Below the pieces are notes generated by a model that worked only from the letters and a program-made list of their open reading frames with translations, was not told the DNA's origin and made no database searches. DNA of 64,000 nt, taken from assembly GCF_011386835.1 (NCBI RefSeq), contig NC_088792.1:37014001-37078000 (forward strand), written 5' to 3'. Positions 23,848-36,539 of this stretch are shown here, piece after piece. Position numbers and translations under genes: made by a program. This DNA is from Chrysemys picta bellii. Its lineage: Eukaryota. Every line of letters begins with the position of its first letter. The first letter of the stretch is position 1.

Positions 23848-26800
23848 TAATGAGACGTGGGGGGTCTCAGGTCTCAACTAACTTGTTGAGAGTCTTAAGC
23901 ATTGTTAGAGTTACCTGTAAATACAGGGAAACCTGAAGAAAGGGCCACCTGTAACCTGCAATCACTTTGAAGGCTGAACAAAAATGTATTTGAAACCTTG
24001 GGGATACTTTAGTTAGAGACCAACTCTTCCAGGCCACACAATTTTGGTAGTTCATTGAGTGGTGACTTAAGAGAAATTTCATTGTATACAAAATGAGCTG
24101 TTGTAACTGGTCTAAGGAGCGAGCCACTTTTGACAAAAAAACTACTTGGGAAGTTTGATTCCCATAGGTCCTTCCTGGAAGAATCTTAATGCCACTGTCT
24201 GAAACCATGTTGTGTAAACAGTCTAGACCACAGGATCCAATCAGAGACTATTAATAAGAGGACTGCTTGGGCTTCCTGGATTACATTCACCATAATAGAT
24301 GGATAAAATGGGGTCTGTTGGAGGAATGAGACATACATCCAGGGATGTGCTGATGCATCAGCAAAGCATCCACCAAGAACAGACTGCAGTTTAGCTGACT
24401 GGATGCAAAACTGCTTACTTGGCTGAAGTAAATAACTAAGGTTAAAAGTAGGCATCCCCAGGGTAGAAGTTATCCACTGTGATTAAAAACTGAGTGGCTG
24501 AGGAACCAACTTTATCCAACAAACCTTTTGGCCTGTTCAGCCACTTAATTTGCATGTTAAACTTCAATCACATGCAAATTGTCCTAAGGCCTAAAGATAT
24601 GTTTCTGTACATTAAAGAAAGAGATAGGATTCCAATACCATATACTTTCTCACAGTGCCCTTTTACCTACTGATTTTTGCAGCTGTCTTGTTTATGCCAA
24701 CTCAGATTACCCCAGATCCAAGAAGGGCTGTTCGTACTGCTCATATTTTCAGGAGTCCGATCAGTTTTCTTGACTCCAGATTAGAACTGACACCATCTAA
24801 TCAAAGACCACAGCTGTGTGGGTGGATTCTCCAAAAAGATCAAAAGTTGGATCTCTTTTCTGCTTCTCTAGAAAAAAGAGGATGAAGACAAAGTAGGCCT
24901 TATCTCCCTTATGGAATCTGGCCCTTTGGCTGCTATATTTGCCTAGAGGAAAGCAACTGGTTGAACAAAGAACTGAAGACTCAGCTGTGAGCAAGGAACT
25001 CAGATCCTGTACAAAGAGTTGTACTTCCAGATAATGTAATACGGAAGAATGCTAGGGAAGGCTAAAGTAAAGTCCTGATTAAATAAAGCAATGTCAGGCT
25101 TAAAGAAAGAAGAACTGTTCCTTCCAACCAGGTTGGTGTCACAGAGAGCACAATAGACTAAATTAACCTCAGCAAGGTGATTTTTAATCTCTGTTGAGGT
25201 AAGAGCAGATGTGCAAAGCTGTATAGAAGACCGAAAGCCATCTTTGGTTCGAGTGCTATCCCAAAGCTTACGGGGTCTTCTGAATTCTCATAAGCTTCCT
25301 TATTTACAAGGGAGGACTGTTTTCTGACAATGGCGGACACAGCCATGAGTATTTTTATAGTATGTCATTGCATTAGCGAGTTCTAGCAATGTTTGACTCT
25401 GCCAAATACTTAGGAAATGGAGATAAATAGCCACACTATTGCAAATTGATTTGCCAAAAGCCAGGGCTGTGAAAGAGTAAAACATCCAAGGAATAGGAAC
25501 CAGGAAACCTTCTGTAAAAGTATGTGGATTAAGAATAAAAGCAATAATAAACAATAAAAATGGACCCAAACCCAATTCTCATGTCCTTATTCGGGGAAAA
25601 CTCCCATTGAAGCCAATGGGACTTTTGCCCAAGAAGGCCAACCTCACAACTGGGCTTTGTGTTAGACACTTGGCCTCCAGACTCAGTCACAGGCCAACAG
25701 AAAACTTGAGTTGCTCTTAAATAATTCTATCTGGATGACGCAAGAGGTGTACTGACATGCTCCAGAGCAAGCTGCTTGCAACCCTCAGCCAGAAAGAGAG
25801 GCCGTTAAAAGGAAATAAAATCACTATTAAAGTGAGTGTATCATGGTGGGAGCCTTTTTCTTCACAGAAAAAGTTACTGGGGATTTCCAGATGACAGATT
25901 TGTGATATCTTAATCTAAAAAGAGAGTAACATATAACTGGTAGACTCCTGGTATTTGCAGAGTGGGTGAGGCATACTTATATTCCTAGACCAGTTGATGT
26001 TGGTTAAAATGCTTTTTTCAGATCAAGTTTGATATCATTTAACTTGAAAATAAGTAGGTAGAACTTGGTTTTAACAGATCCATTTTATTCTTTGGCAACT
26101 TTTTAAAATGCTACTTTTAGATTGTTGATATATTACAGAATCTATATAATTATATACAACATGAATGACATTTTTTCAAAATAAAGATAATTTAACAATA
26201 GCACATTACCACTTAATTATTTAAAAAGCCACAATGAGATCTCCATCCAAACAGCTCAGGATCTGTACATTTAAACAGATCATTTTATGTGCGATACTTG
26301 AGATTTATATTTTGTTTTATTCATAGCTAAAAACAAAAATTAACTAATTTTTAATCTTCTAGCTACCTTCTCAATAATCTAGATCATTTATGGGGTAATT
26401 TTTATAGTATATGTAAGACACATGAATGAAAGAGCACGGGTACATTTATTATATTTCATAACAGTTTGATTAGATACGGCTACCTCTCAATGTCTTCTTC
26501 CCTACAGCAGCATAAATAATTGGCAGCTTAGTAATAGCTCACTCATTAAAAATAGTAAAACTCATGTCACAGAAACAATCCTAGAGCATCAGATACTATA
26601 TTTATATATTATGTTGAACTCTCAACCAGATTTCAAATGACAAGTTAGAAAATAATCGAATTATTACTTTCTATACACAGATTTTAAACTAGACATAAAG
26701 ACTAGTTTTGGTTGTCAACAGGGGAATAAAACATTTCTTTTTCTGGAAGATGTTAAAAAAATCTAGTTTTGATCTCTGGTTTAAATCCCCAGTTAATCTA

Positions 26801-27515
26801 AATATATCCTTTAGCCAAAAAGAAAAAGGAATTCCATATTCACTACAAATAGGCATCTTACCTTACATCTTTTGGTGAACTCCTTTTCTAGAAGCATCCG
26901 GCAGGTATTAGAACACAAAAGTACTTTCAGCTAAGCTTGTCTTTACATTTTCTTAAAACTAAACTTCTTTTGCTTTTGTTTTGCTAGAAGAAGCTCTTAG
27001 ACAAAACATGTGGGCTAAAACAGCAGCAGCCTCCCTGTTCAAGAGATTTCATGGGTATTCACAGGCTTTGCTTCCACTGTCCGAAAGTTAAGTCTGAGCA
27101 AGAAAGGCATTTTTCCTGTCCCGGAAATCAGTATAACCAAAACCAATGCTGAGCTAATGAGAAATGTTTCTTCCATGTGTTCTGTTTGGCAGACACTGCA
27201 AGTCATATCAAGGAAACACATGATGTTTATAAATACAATATGGCTCATGTTGTCATAACCTCTCAATGACAACAAGAGCACTAGAAAAAGCAGGCAGTAC
27301 AACAGCAGGAAAAAGGATATTTGTATCATTTAGAAGTTCTGTATCAGATATACATATCTTGGCTTTTTTCCTAAAGAAAATGTTTTATGGTAGAGGGATC
27401 AGTAAGGCAGTGTATGGCAACTTATAAACGTACTACGGGTATTCCTAGCATTATCATGCATTCAAACAACTAAGTGTTTAAATATTTGTTCTCAGTTTTA
27501 GGAGTTACACTCTAA

Positions 27516-28022
27516 GCGGATGCCTATATTGCAATCACAGGGTGTGATTACAGTTCAAGTAAACATACCCAGGCTAGCTTTCATTTAGCTAGCTCAGGTC
27601 CTGGAGCATGGAAGCTGCAGCAATGTGCACTTCAGCGTGGCTGCACAAGCCTGCCCAGGAATCATTCGCAAGTCTAGTGCGCACTGGAGCACAAGCTGCC
27701 GCAGCTTCACTGTTCTGGTACCTGAGCTGCCTCAGCCTGCTCCGAGTAGAAGGGGGCTTCATGCACAGAGCTGCCCCTTTTTAACCCTCCTGCCCGTCCG
27801 GTTCCCAGGGGATGCGTCAGTGTCGCCATGCTGGCCCCTTGTCCCCTTTTGCAGTAGTTTGACCTCTCCCCTTCAGCTCCCCCCAGCCATAAAGCACTGT
27901 TCCCTTCATTCAGCCAGCCAGACAAATCCCCCTCCCCCCACTAATGGTACGGTGCAATCATTCTGGTACCTGAGCTAGCTCAGTATATCTATACACCTTG
28001 TGATTGCAGTATAGACATATCC
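27516..28022. mobile_element. PIF/Harbinger-like MITE interrupted by a 232-bp insert
   Basis: Imperfect TIR ggatgcctatattgcaatcac / gtgattgcagtatagacatatcc. Internal 16-bp direct repeat at 27713-27728 and 27961-27976. Confidence 0.6.
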
Positions 28023-28249
28023 TAAGACTTACAAAAAATCAGCAAGTGGTCGATAATTTTGGCAACACTTGTATTTTTACTTTTTGCCTTTAATGACATG
28101 AAGATTTTTAACTTAAACACAATCCAATGAAACACTGGTAGGAATCTCCCATAATCTGGATGCCTTTGTTTAAAGTATCTGAAGAACTCAAAAGCATGAT
28201 CTTGCATTTATTACCTCTATGTCTTTCTTAAAAAGATTGTAGAGGATTT

Positions 28250-29246
28250 TTTTAAACTAAGGACTAGGGGAAAGCTGACAGGTGCAGATGAGCACACGGT
28301 GCAGGCAGACACATCTCTTAGGAATTAATTTATTAAAGAGGGAACTCTATATTTTCACAAAGAGGATAGGAAAGAAGTTGGTAAAGTAGAGCTAGGAGCT
28401 AGAGAGGGACAGTCATATTTAAATGAAATACTTTTACATGAAGGAAAATAACTGAATATTGACAAAAGGTATAAGTCTAAATACTAATGGGTGAACTACA
28501 GTGCCTGTCATTAAATGAGGATTTTGATATAACAGACATCACAGAAACTTGGGGGAATGAGGATAACCAATGGGATGGGTAATACCAGGGTACAATACAT
28601 ATATGTATATATATAACATAGTAGGTTGCACTGATGGGGGAGTGCCACTATATGTCAAAGAAAGCATAGAGTCAAATGAAATAAAAATCTCAAATCAAAA
28701 TGTGCCATAGAATCTCTATGGATAGAAATTCCATGCTTGAACAATAACAGTACAACAGTAGGAATGTACTAAGGATCACCTACCAAGATGGTGACAGTGA
28801 TTGTGAAATACTCAGGGAGATTAGAGAGGCTGCAAAGAGAGAAAATGCAATAATGATGGGGGGATTTCAACTATCCCCATGTTGACTGCGTACATGTCAC
28901 CTCAGGACAGGATGAAGAGATAAAATTTCTTGACACCATAAATAACTGCTTCTTGGAGCAGCTCGTCCTGGAACCCACAAGGGGAGAGGCAATTATTGAG
29001 TCAGTCCTAAGTGGAGCACAGGATTTGGTCCAGGATATCAATATAGCTGAACTCCTTGGTATAGCAACCATCATATCATTTAATTTAACACCCTTGTATA
29101 GGGACAAATGCCAAAGAAGCCCAGCACAGTAGCATTTAACTTCAAAAAGGGGAGCTGCACAAAAATGAGGAAGCTAGTTAAACAAAAATTAAAAGGAACA
29201 GTCACAAGGGTGAAATGCCTGCAAACTGCATGAGGAATATTTAAAT
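28250..29246 (+). pseudogene. CR1 LINE internal fragment: region upstream of ORF2 plus APE endonuclease domain, decayed
   Basis: Motifs ITETW (atcacagaaacttgg, ~28538), MGDFNYP (~28856) and EPTRGEAI (~28971). Multiple stops and frameshifts; no RT or 3' end. Confidence 0.8.
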
Positions 29247-29599
29247 CTACTGATAGGCAAAGTAAGAAAAATGTAGCTTGAGAACCTATTAGACTTTGAT
29301 TTAAGGATACTAACTTTGTATATTTGGACATGTGATGTTGGCTATTTGAGTTTTAATGGCTATAAAGCTTTAACTTTTTGAGTCTCAATGTCGACTGTCA
29401 TTAAGTAATTATTGTCTGATCCCCTCCATAGTTTTCCATAACTGTGAAAATTTAAATAATAAAAATAGGAAAAAAGCTTTAAAATAAACATCAATATTAT
29501 CTATCGACATTATAAAAAATAAACATCTGATTCTGCCAATCCTAAGTATAATACAAAAGATGTGTGACAAGACGGTGTTGATTCACATTTCAAAAGTAA

Positions 29600-29766
29600 C
29601 AAAGAGTCCTGTGGCACGTTATAGACTAACAGGTGTATTGGAGCATAAGCTTTCATGGGTGAATACCCACTTCGTCAGATGCATGACTCATCTGTTAGTC
29701 TATAAGGTGCCACAGGACTCTTTGTTGCTTTTTACAGATCCAGACTAATACGGCTACCCCTCTGAT
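29600..29766. mobile_element. Fold-back Penelope-like element remnant B (167 bp) with 15-bp TSD
   Basis: TSD ACATTTCAAAAGTAA at 29585-29599 and 29767-29781. Inverted arms; homologous to elements A and C. Confidence 0.8.
29643..29682 (-). ncRNA. Minimal type I hammerhead ribozyme motif, sense to KIAA1217 pre-mRNA
   Basis: Minus strand GCAU-CUGACGA-A-GUGGGU(auuc)ACCCAU-GAA-AGCU-U-AUGC. The core-proximal pair of helix II is G.U rather than G-C. Confidence 0.68.
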
Positions 29767-30369
29767 ACATTTCAAAAGTAATCTCCTTAAAACAGGACAG
29801 GCAATAAACGCTTTATCCCTAGATTTACTGAAACAGATGCTAATGCTAAGCACTGTGTTTACAGTAATTACTCCTTCCTCTCCTCTCATTTTAGTATAGT
29901 TAGTTTCAATTTATCGAAGCACCATGGTGAAGGTAGGAAGACTGGAGTGATATCTTTAACACCACCCAACTTCTTCCATATCCTACATCTGTCTGCCTCA
30001 ATGCAGCTGCAGAACGAATGCATTCTTACTCTTGGGTTCTCCTCTCCACCATATATATTCATGTGATCACATATATAAGCAATAAAACATAAAATCAAGT
30101 GCTTCTTTTCTTGCTTCTCAATGCTGCCTCACCAATGTCCTGAACTCTGACTTGAAGGGACTACCTCTCAAATTGAAAAGGGCATCCAAGAGCTGACCAA
30201 ACCCACTCTGCTGAGCTTGTGAGATCTAACAAAAGCACATCCCCAGGTGAGCTGGCCATAAACCATGAAATAACTATTCTTGGGAGATGTGACGATTTTG
30301 AAATGCCACCTCTGGTAAGACACACACTCACAGAACCACCTCCGAGAGTAGAGTGGAACATGGTAAAAT

Positions 30370-30450
30370 AATCATAGAATTGTAGCAACGTAGGGCTGAA
30401 AGAGACCTTAAGATGTCCTCTAGTCCAGCCTCCTGCATTGATACAGAGGG
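30370..30450 (-). mobile_element. Short CR1 3' terminus
   Basis: aatcatagaa...gagaccttaagatgtcctctagtccagcctcctg is typical of an antisense CR1 3' end. Confidence 0.55.
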
Positions 30451-32031
30451 AGCCACTTTTATTTTTGAATTATCCCACTGTGGCCAGAGGGAGAGAGTTT
30501 AGCCATACTCAATATGTATCTGTGGGCATAATCTCAGTTGTACAGTTCTATATTTTAATGTGAACAATACAAATTTTAACCACTGTTTTTACAGAGAGCC
30601 AACGTTTGTATTTGAAACAACTTTATTAGATAGTAAATATCTGACACAGGGCCAAAGAAGTAATCCAGATTGCTGATATTTTGATTTTATGTACACATTA
30701 GCAAAACATGTCGGAATACCAGTCCAGCACACAACACTCAAAAAAGTTACATTTAGCCCCCCTTTCAAGTGGGACAATAACAATTTAGGCCTAATGATGT
30801 AATGTCAATGCATTATTATTACAATGGTTAACATTACTATAGGCACCGAAAATGTGCCCTGCCCTAGGATATTAATGATATATTTCAGATACATCCGGTT
30901 ACTGCTCCATAGAAGTCAATAGTATTTCAGGATTCTCAGCACCTTGCAGGAGACACATAGCAATTTATCAGATCAGCCCCCACATGAGCTGCTACCACTC
31001 TATATACAGATTTTTAGCGTGCAGTGAGGTGAGTAATCAGATAATTGGATGTTCTGACCCATCAGAGAGATTGTTTTATGATGTTTTAAAATTCAAATAT
31101 TTAAATAAAATAATTATAGGAGAGGTGGTTGAAAATACCACAGGAAACTGAACGACTGCCACAATTGTACTGAAACAACAATGCTCTATACCATTACAAC
31201 TGCAAAAGTGCTTAAATATAATCAAACCAAAAAAGCAAAGATCTGTGGCAGATGCAAAAGAAATTGTGAAATCAAGAACCAGATGCACAATTATAAACTA
31301 ATATTTTTACAGGAGTTCCTCAGAACATTTGACATCTGCTTTGGAGCATGTGTAAGTTACTAAAAACCAAGCAGCACACTTGTTAGTAACTGTATCCTTG
31401 TTGAAGGCTTAATATGACTTTATTATTTCCTATATATTATATTTAAACAAAAAAGAAAACAAAGAGAATAAATTTCAGAAGCTTTCTTGGCAAATTCAAA
31501 GGCAAAGATTTCACCTTTACAAAGGTTACTACATTTATGGTATTTTTAATAGACACACAAAAATTGATGCGCTTTTCAAAACTGCAAAGCATTTATTAGT
31601 ATGTTGAGTCTGAGATGGCCATTTATGAAGCACATCAGGAGACAGGGAGCTCAACTGGAAAGCTTTTGAAAATGGGGTTGCGAGTTGCACTACTAATAGA
31701 GTAAAGTTAAACCATGCTCTGCTCTGTTGAAAAGAAGAAAGAGTTTGGTGCCCACTAATGAATGAGACTTCAATTTGCGTTCTGAAACAAATTACTAAAA
31801 CATTGTGCTGTGATTTCAGTTCTTTACTGTGAATGAATGAGAGATCAGAGAGCTGTTAGAGTAAATAGTGACAAGGAATGAAGTAATAGATCAATAAATG
31901 AATTAGCAGCATGGATCAGTGTCATCCGCTTGCAGCATGTATGTATTCACACTATATACGTTAATGTAAACATTTCACATAGAAAACAGGAGATAAAATA
32001 AAAATGAATATAAATCAACTCTGGCACTTAC

Positions 32032-32125
32032 CCTTATATCTCCATTTACAGTTCTGGATGTATGATTAAATGCATGAGCAGGATCTTTGTTGTAAACTTT
32101 AAGGAAAGATCTGTCCTGAATGTTC
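32032..32125 (-). CDS. KIAA1217: KIAA1217 coding exon, 94 bp (probable exon 5), phase 2 to 0
   Basis: Encodes (R)NIQDRSFLKVYNKDPAHAFNHTSRTVNGDIR. Acceptor ttccag|G; donor AGG|gtaagt. Phases fit both neighbouring exons. Confidence 0.95.
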
Positions 32126-35018
32126 CTGGAATCAAAAACATCAACAAGGATAGTAGATGAAAGGAGTTTTATTTTAGACATTTCCTTTGCTTGCCCTAAG
32201 GATTCAGGCAACAGACAACCACCATCACAATCTTGCTGCAACTGACCAATAAAAAACCCTACTGCTATAAAATAGACAAACAAATAACAAAACCTACTTC
32301 AGTTCGCTTTCCCCTGGGAAGTATCGTTCTTTCAGTACAGGTCCACACCCATAAAAATCAGGTGGTACTGAGTTTCTTTCAAGATCCCCGGCACAGAGTG
32401 AAAACACTTTGTAAGATAATAAAGCTCCAATATTTACAATGCACCCAAAAGGGCTTAAGTTAATATTTAAATGCTTTATTGTGTACTCTACACAAACACA
32501 TGAATTTCTGCTATTCTAATGAGCACAAATCAAAAGAAAAATACTCTTTTGAAATTATTCTTGAGGCAAGTGTAACTTACGGTAGTTTGTTCACAAAACT
32601 GAAAACATTCCATAGCGATTAAGAACTCATCAGCGAATGTAAAAACAAACTTTCAAGCCTCCAATATTTCATACAGCTTTTTTTTAAATCAAAAAGCACA
32701 GCTCTGATAAAAGAAACTACAGAATTTTGATGCAAATTGTTAGAAGAAAACACCAAAAGATTTTTAAGATTAGCACAAAGAGCCTTGTCATTCATGAGTC
32801 TTTTTATAAACTGACTCATTCAGACAACAATCAGACGACAGATGTTTTACATTAGTCTCAAAACCTACCTTACAGTAATTTCATAGATTAGAAATCTGCA
32901 CTGAGTCCTGCTGATTTCTTGTTCTGTACTAATCAGCAACAATCTAATTAACGGCAACAATCTAAACACACTAATGTCCTTTCAAAACTGTGATTCCTTT
33001 CAGTTCACACTAGTGATTTCAAGAGAATTTGCACAAAAGACTGAATTTCTTTCCTCCACAAGTTTAGTGGACTGATCTCACTCATTAGGATTATCATTTT
33101 AAAAAAATGAAGTGATGTATTCTTGGGCTGGTCTAATTTCTTTCTTTTAAAGTCATATTACAGTCAGCGATTGCTTTGAATCTGTAACTAGTCAGAACTT
33201 GCACTGCTGCTGTAGACTTCAAGTAGTCTATTAAAAAAACACATAGCTTAACAGACAGATCAGTCCCATCTGTTTAAGAAATGTATGGTTAATGAGAAGT
33301 TTAGAGTTGATGAGAGTTAACTACATGTAGAATGCACAAGAAATACCTATCCTGTAGCAAATTTAGGTTCTTCGTTTATTTATGGCAGCATAAACTCTTT
33401 TCTGTCTTACAAATATGGAATTTAAGATAATATCAATATCTAAAAGAGGTGATGGGTCTACGTTTAGTTAGTGAATAATTCGGGAACAATGTTTACTGTC
33501 TGTAAAATTAAATAATATTCAGTGCCAACAGTACAGATGTTACATATAAGGTAAGGACAAAATTCTGCTCAGAGATCTGCATGAAGAATCTAAACTACAG
33601 AATTCTGCTCTCCATATTGACACAGAATGATTCTTTGTTAATGTATTTTTCAATGCAAGGAAAGTTCTCTCATTTTTCAGTTCACTCGTAGCTCACAAAT
33701 GATGATGCGATAAACAGAGGCAAGGTGGGTGAGATAATAACTTTAATTGGACCAAACTTAATCTACTCTTTTTTCTATCTCTAAAATGATGGTTGAGAGA
33801 GTTTACTCAACTAATGTCAAGTTTGGTTTAAAAATAATCTCCATAGCTATCTTATAGAAATATGACAGCTTGAAGTAAAGCAACATTGTAAAATACAGGG
33901 CATTTGATCTCTGAAGTGAATTGTATTTCGCACCATATCACCTCAAACTTTTCTGATAACAGGTATACATTTGTGTATTTTTTTATTTGCACATCTGTTT
34001 TACATTCACTATTTGACAGTGTTAGAACTGAACACTTTTCCTTCAGTCCCTCTTTCTCTTCTGCTTCGCTCTTGTGATTTTGCGTCTGTTCTGATATTTA
34101 TCATATACTACCTTACGAACAGTCTGGTATAAATATATGCCATATATCCCTGAACTATTTTTCACACCATAACAAATCTGTGGCCAGCCACATGGTTGTA
34201 ACTGCTGTGCACGTAGGCCACTGGGAACTTCTTGGTGGTTATGGGTTAACATTCCAATCCTTCTGCTCCAAAAGCACAAATACCAATTGGTGTCAGAAGT
34301 TCAGGGCTTAAGAAACATGGTTGAGCAGCTCTGATACCATCCAGCAGAGGACATGCACATACACACACACAAACCAGATCTTTACAATATTCTAGTATGC
34401 AGTATTGGCTGAGTTCAGAAGTATTTTTAATTATTATTATTAATTATTTGTATTAATGTAGCACCTAGGACCAGTGGCAGGTATCCAGTTGCCCAGTCCT
34501 GATGGAAGCTAGCGCAGCAGTGGGTACACTCCAGCCTCTGCCACTTGTGTAACGGATTGTATGCTGGTGGTAGATGATAAATAGTGGAGCTCTGCTCCAT
34601 GACACTCCCTCCCTCCATGACACTCCCTCCAGCCCCAAAACACCTATGACACTTTCCCCCACCCCACTTTACATCAGACTTTCTGTCAGTAGAGACAGGG
34701 ATCTGTTTTAAGGCCATTTTGTGAATTATTTTATGTTTAATATTTCAAATATACCTGTTTTGGTAAAAACACAATAAAATATTAATTGTAAAAGCTAACC
34801 AAACTTATCTGTATTGCATGAATATTTAAATAAAGTATATCATACATATACGGCTTGTGCAACAGATGTGGTACATATAGCTTAAGGCATGTGTCAAACT
34901 GTGAAAACGCCAAATTACTCAGACACCACTGAATTTGCCTCAATGTGTCAGACCTGATATTTGTTAGATATTTATCAGCTTAACTCTTTTTCACGCTATT
35001 GATGCACTGTTTACCTAC

Positions 35019-35217
35019 CTTACATCATTTAGTTCATAGTATATGTTTCTGCTCTCGTCCTTGATGTAAATGGCAACGCTGGGAGACTCCAGCATTTTCA
35101 TTGTCAGCTGCTGGGGGAAGGCACTTACGAAGAGGGCACGAATCGTGTCTGTGCTTGTAATTTCATTCGGCATCCTTAACTGTTTTGTTTCATCACCATA
35201 TTGAAGATATAAAACTC
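35019..35217 (-). CDS. KIAA1217: KIAA1217 coding exon, 199 bp (probable exon 4), phase 1 to 2; region conserved with SRCIN1
   Basis: Encodes (G)VLYLQYGDETKQLRMPNEITSTDTIRALFVSAFPQQLTMKMLESPSVAIYIKDESRNIYYELNDV(R). Acceptor ttttgcttttag|GA; donor AG|gtaggt. Confidence 0.96.
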
Positions 35218-36377
35218 CTAAAAGCAAAATACAATTGAAGATTTTTTTAAAAAAAATGCCTGGAATAAAGCTAGACTCCAAAGTCCACATGGAACACACA
35301 TCAAATATTTAATTCTATACTAGAATAAGCAAAGCTAGATGCTTCACACACACCATACTTTTTCACTACAATACTGGAATGAAGAATAAAAACGGTCTCA
35401 TGGATATTGATTATTTGTTTCTATACCACAGAGTTTTCCCAGAGCAACATGTTATTGCAGGGAATCTATTTTTACTGTTCTTTAGTTAGATCAAAAGTTT
35501 ACATTAAAAGAGCTAATTTAAAAATAATACTAAAATGAACCCATACTACAAGGAAGGTGCAAGTAAATAATGGGAAATTTTTTGTCAGCCGAGGGAAAAA
35601 TTAATCCTTGTATCACTTAGGTTCTTTTAAGCATAAACTCTTTGCTTTAACTTCACACTTACTCAACATGGGTTTGATTTTCAAACCAGCTCCCCATTTC
35701 TGCAAGCATAATTTTGTGCCCACAATTGATTTATCAGCAATTTATTTATTTATAAAATTGTAGGTGAAATTCATAGTAGGAACAAAGCTGAAGTCACTAA
35801 AAAGCAGATCTAGCCTGAATATCAGACACTTTAATTTCTAGTGTTTCTGTGTAAAATGGTTTGCAACCTTAATAGTAATCTCCAATACATCACGGTATAG
35901 TATAATAGAGGGGGGCGGAAAAAAAGAATCTGAGTCACATATAGATAGATTTATAGATTTTAAAGCCAAAAAGGATCATTCCGATAATCTAGTTTGGCTT
36001 TCTAGATTGGCACAGACCAACAAACCTCCCCCAGCAATTTCTGCATTAAGCCTATAACTTTTGGTTGAGCTTCAGTACATCTTTTAGAAAGGTATCTAGT
36101 CTTGATTTAAACACTTCAAGTGATGGAGAACTATCATACGTAGGTAAATTGTTCCAACAGTTATTTACCATCATTGTTAACATTTTGCACTTTATTTCTA
36201 GTCTCAGTTTGTCTCGCTTCAGCTTCCAACCAGTGGATTTTGTTATGTCTTTTTCTGCTAGATTAAAGAGCCATCTACTATCAGAAATCTCTTTCCTTAT
36301 GTACGTACTTGGGGACCATGATCAAGTCACCTCTTAAACTTATCCTGGATAAACTAAATAGATTGAGCTTCTTAAGT

Positions 36378-36539
36378 ATCAGAGGGGTAGCCGTGTTAGT
36401 CTGAATCTGTAAAAAGCAACAGAGGGTCCTGTGGCACCTTTAAGACTAACAGAAGTATTGGGAGCATAAGCTTTCGTGGGTAAGAACCTCACTTCTTCAG
36501 ATGCAAGTCTGTTAGTCTTAAAGGTGCCACAGGACCCTC
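36378..36539. mobile_element. Fold-back Penelope-like element remnant C (~162 bp) with 14-bp TSD
   Basis: TSD TGAGCTTCTTAAGT at 36364-36377 and 36540-36553. Inverted arms cagagggtcctgtggcacctttaagactaacaga / tctgttagtcttaaaggtgccacaggaccctctg. Confidence 0.8.
36464..36504 (-). ncRNA. Minimal type I hammerhead ribozyme motif, sense to KIAA1217 pre-mRNA
   Basis: Minus strand GCAU-CUGAAGA-A-GUG(a)GGU(ucuu)ACCCAC-GAA-AGCU-U-AUGC. Core intact; helix II has a bulged A. Confidence 0.7.

Noticed and set aside
23848-24520. Possible LTR next to the short Chapaev copy
   Set aside because: LTR-like composition, but I could not identify matching termini or a TSD.
33715-33770. Short match to another PLE-type terminal repeat (ggtgggtgagataataactttaattggacc)
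   Set aside because: Too short and degenerate; no hammerhead core or TSD.
34595-34630. 18-bp unit repeated twice (ctccatgacactccctcc)
   Set aside because: Ordinary slippage duplication; no spacers, so not CRISPR-like. No CRISPR array is present in this eukaryotic window.
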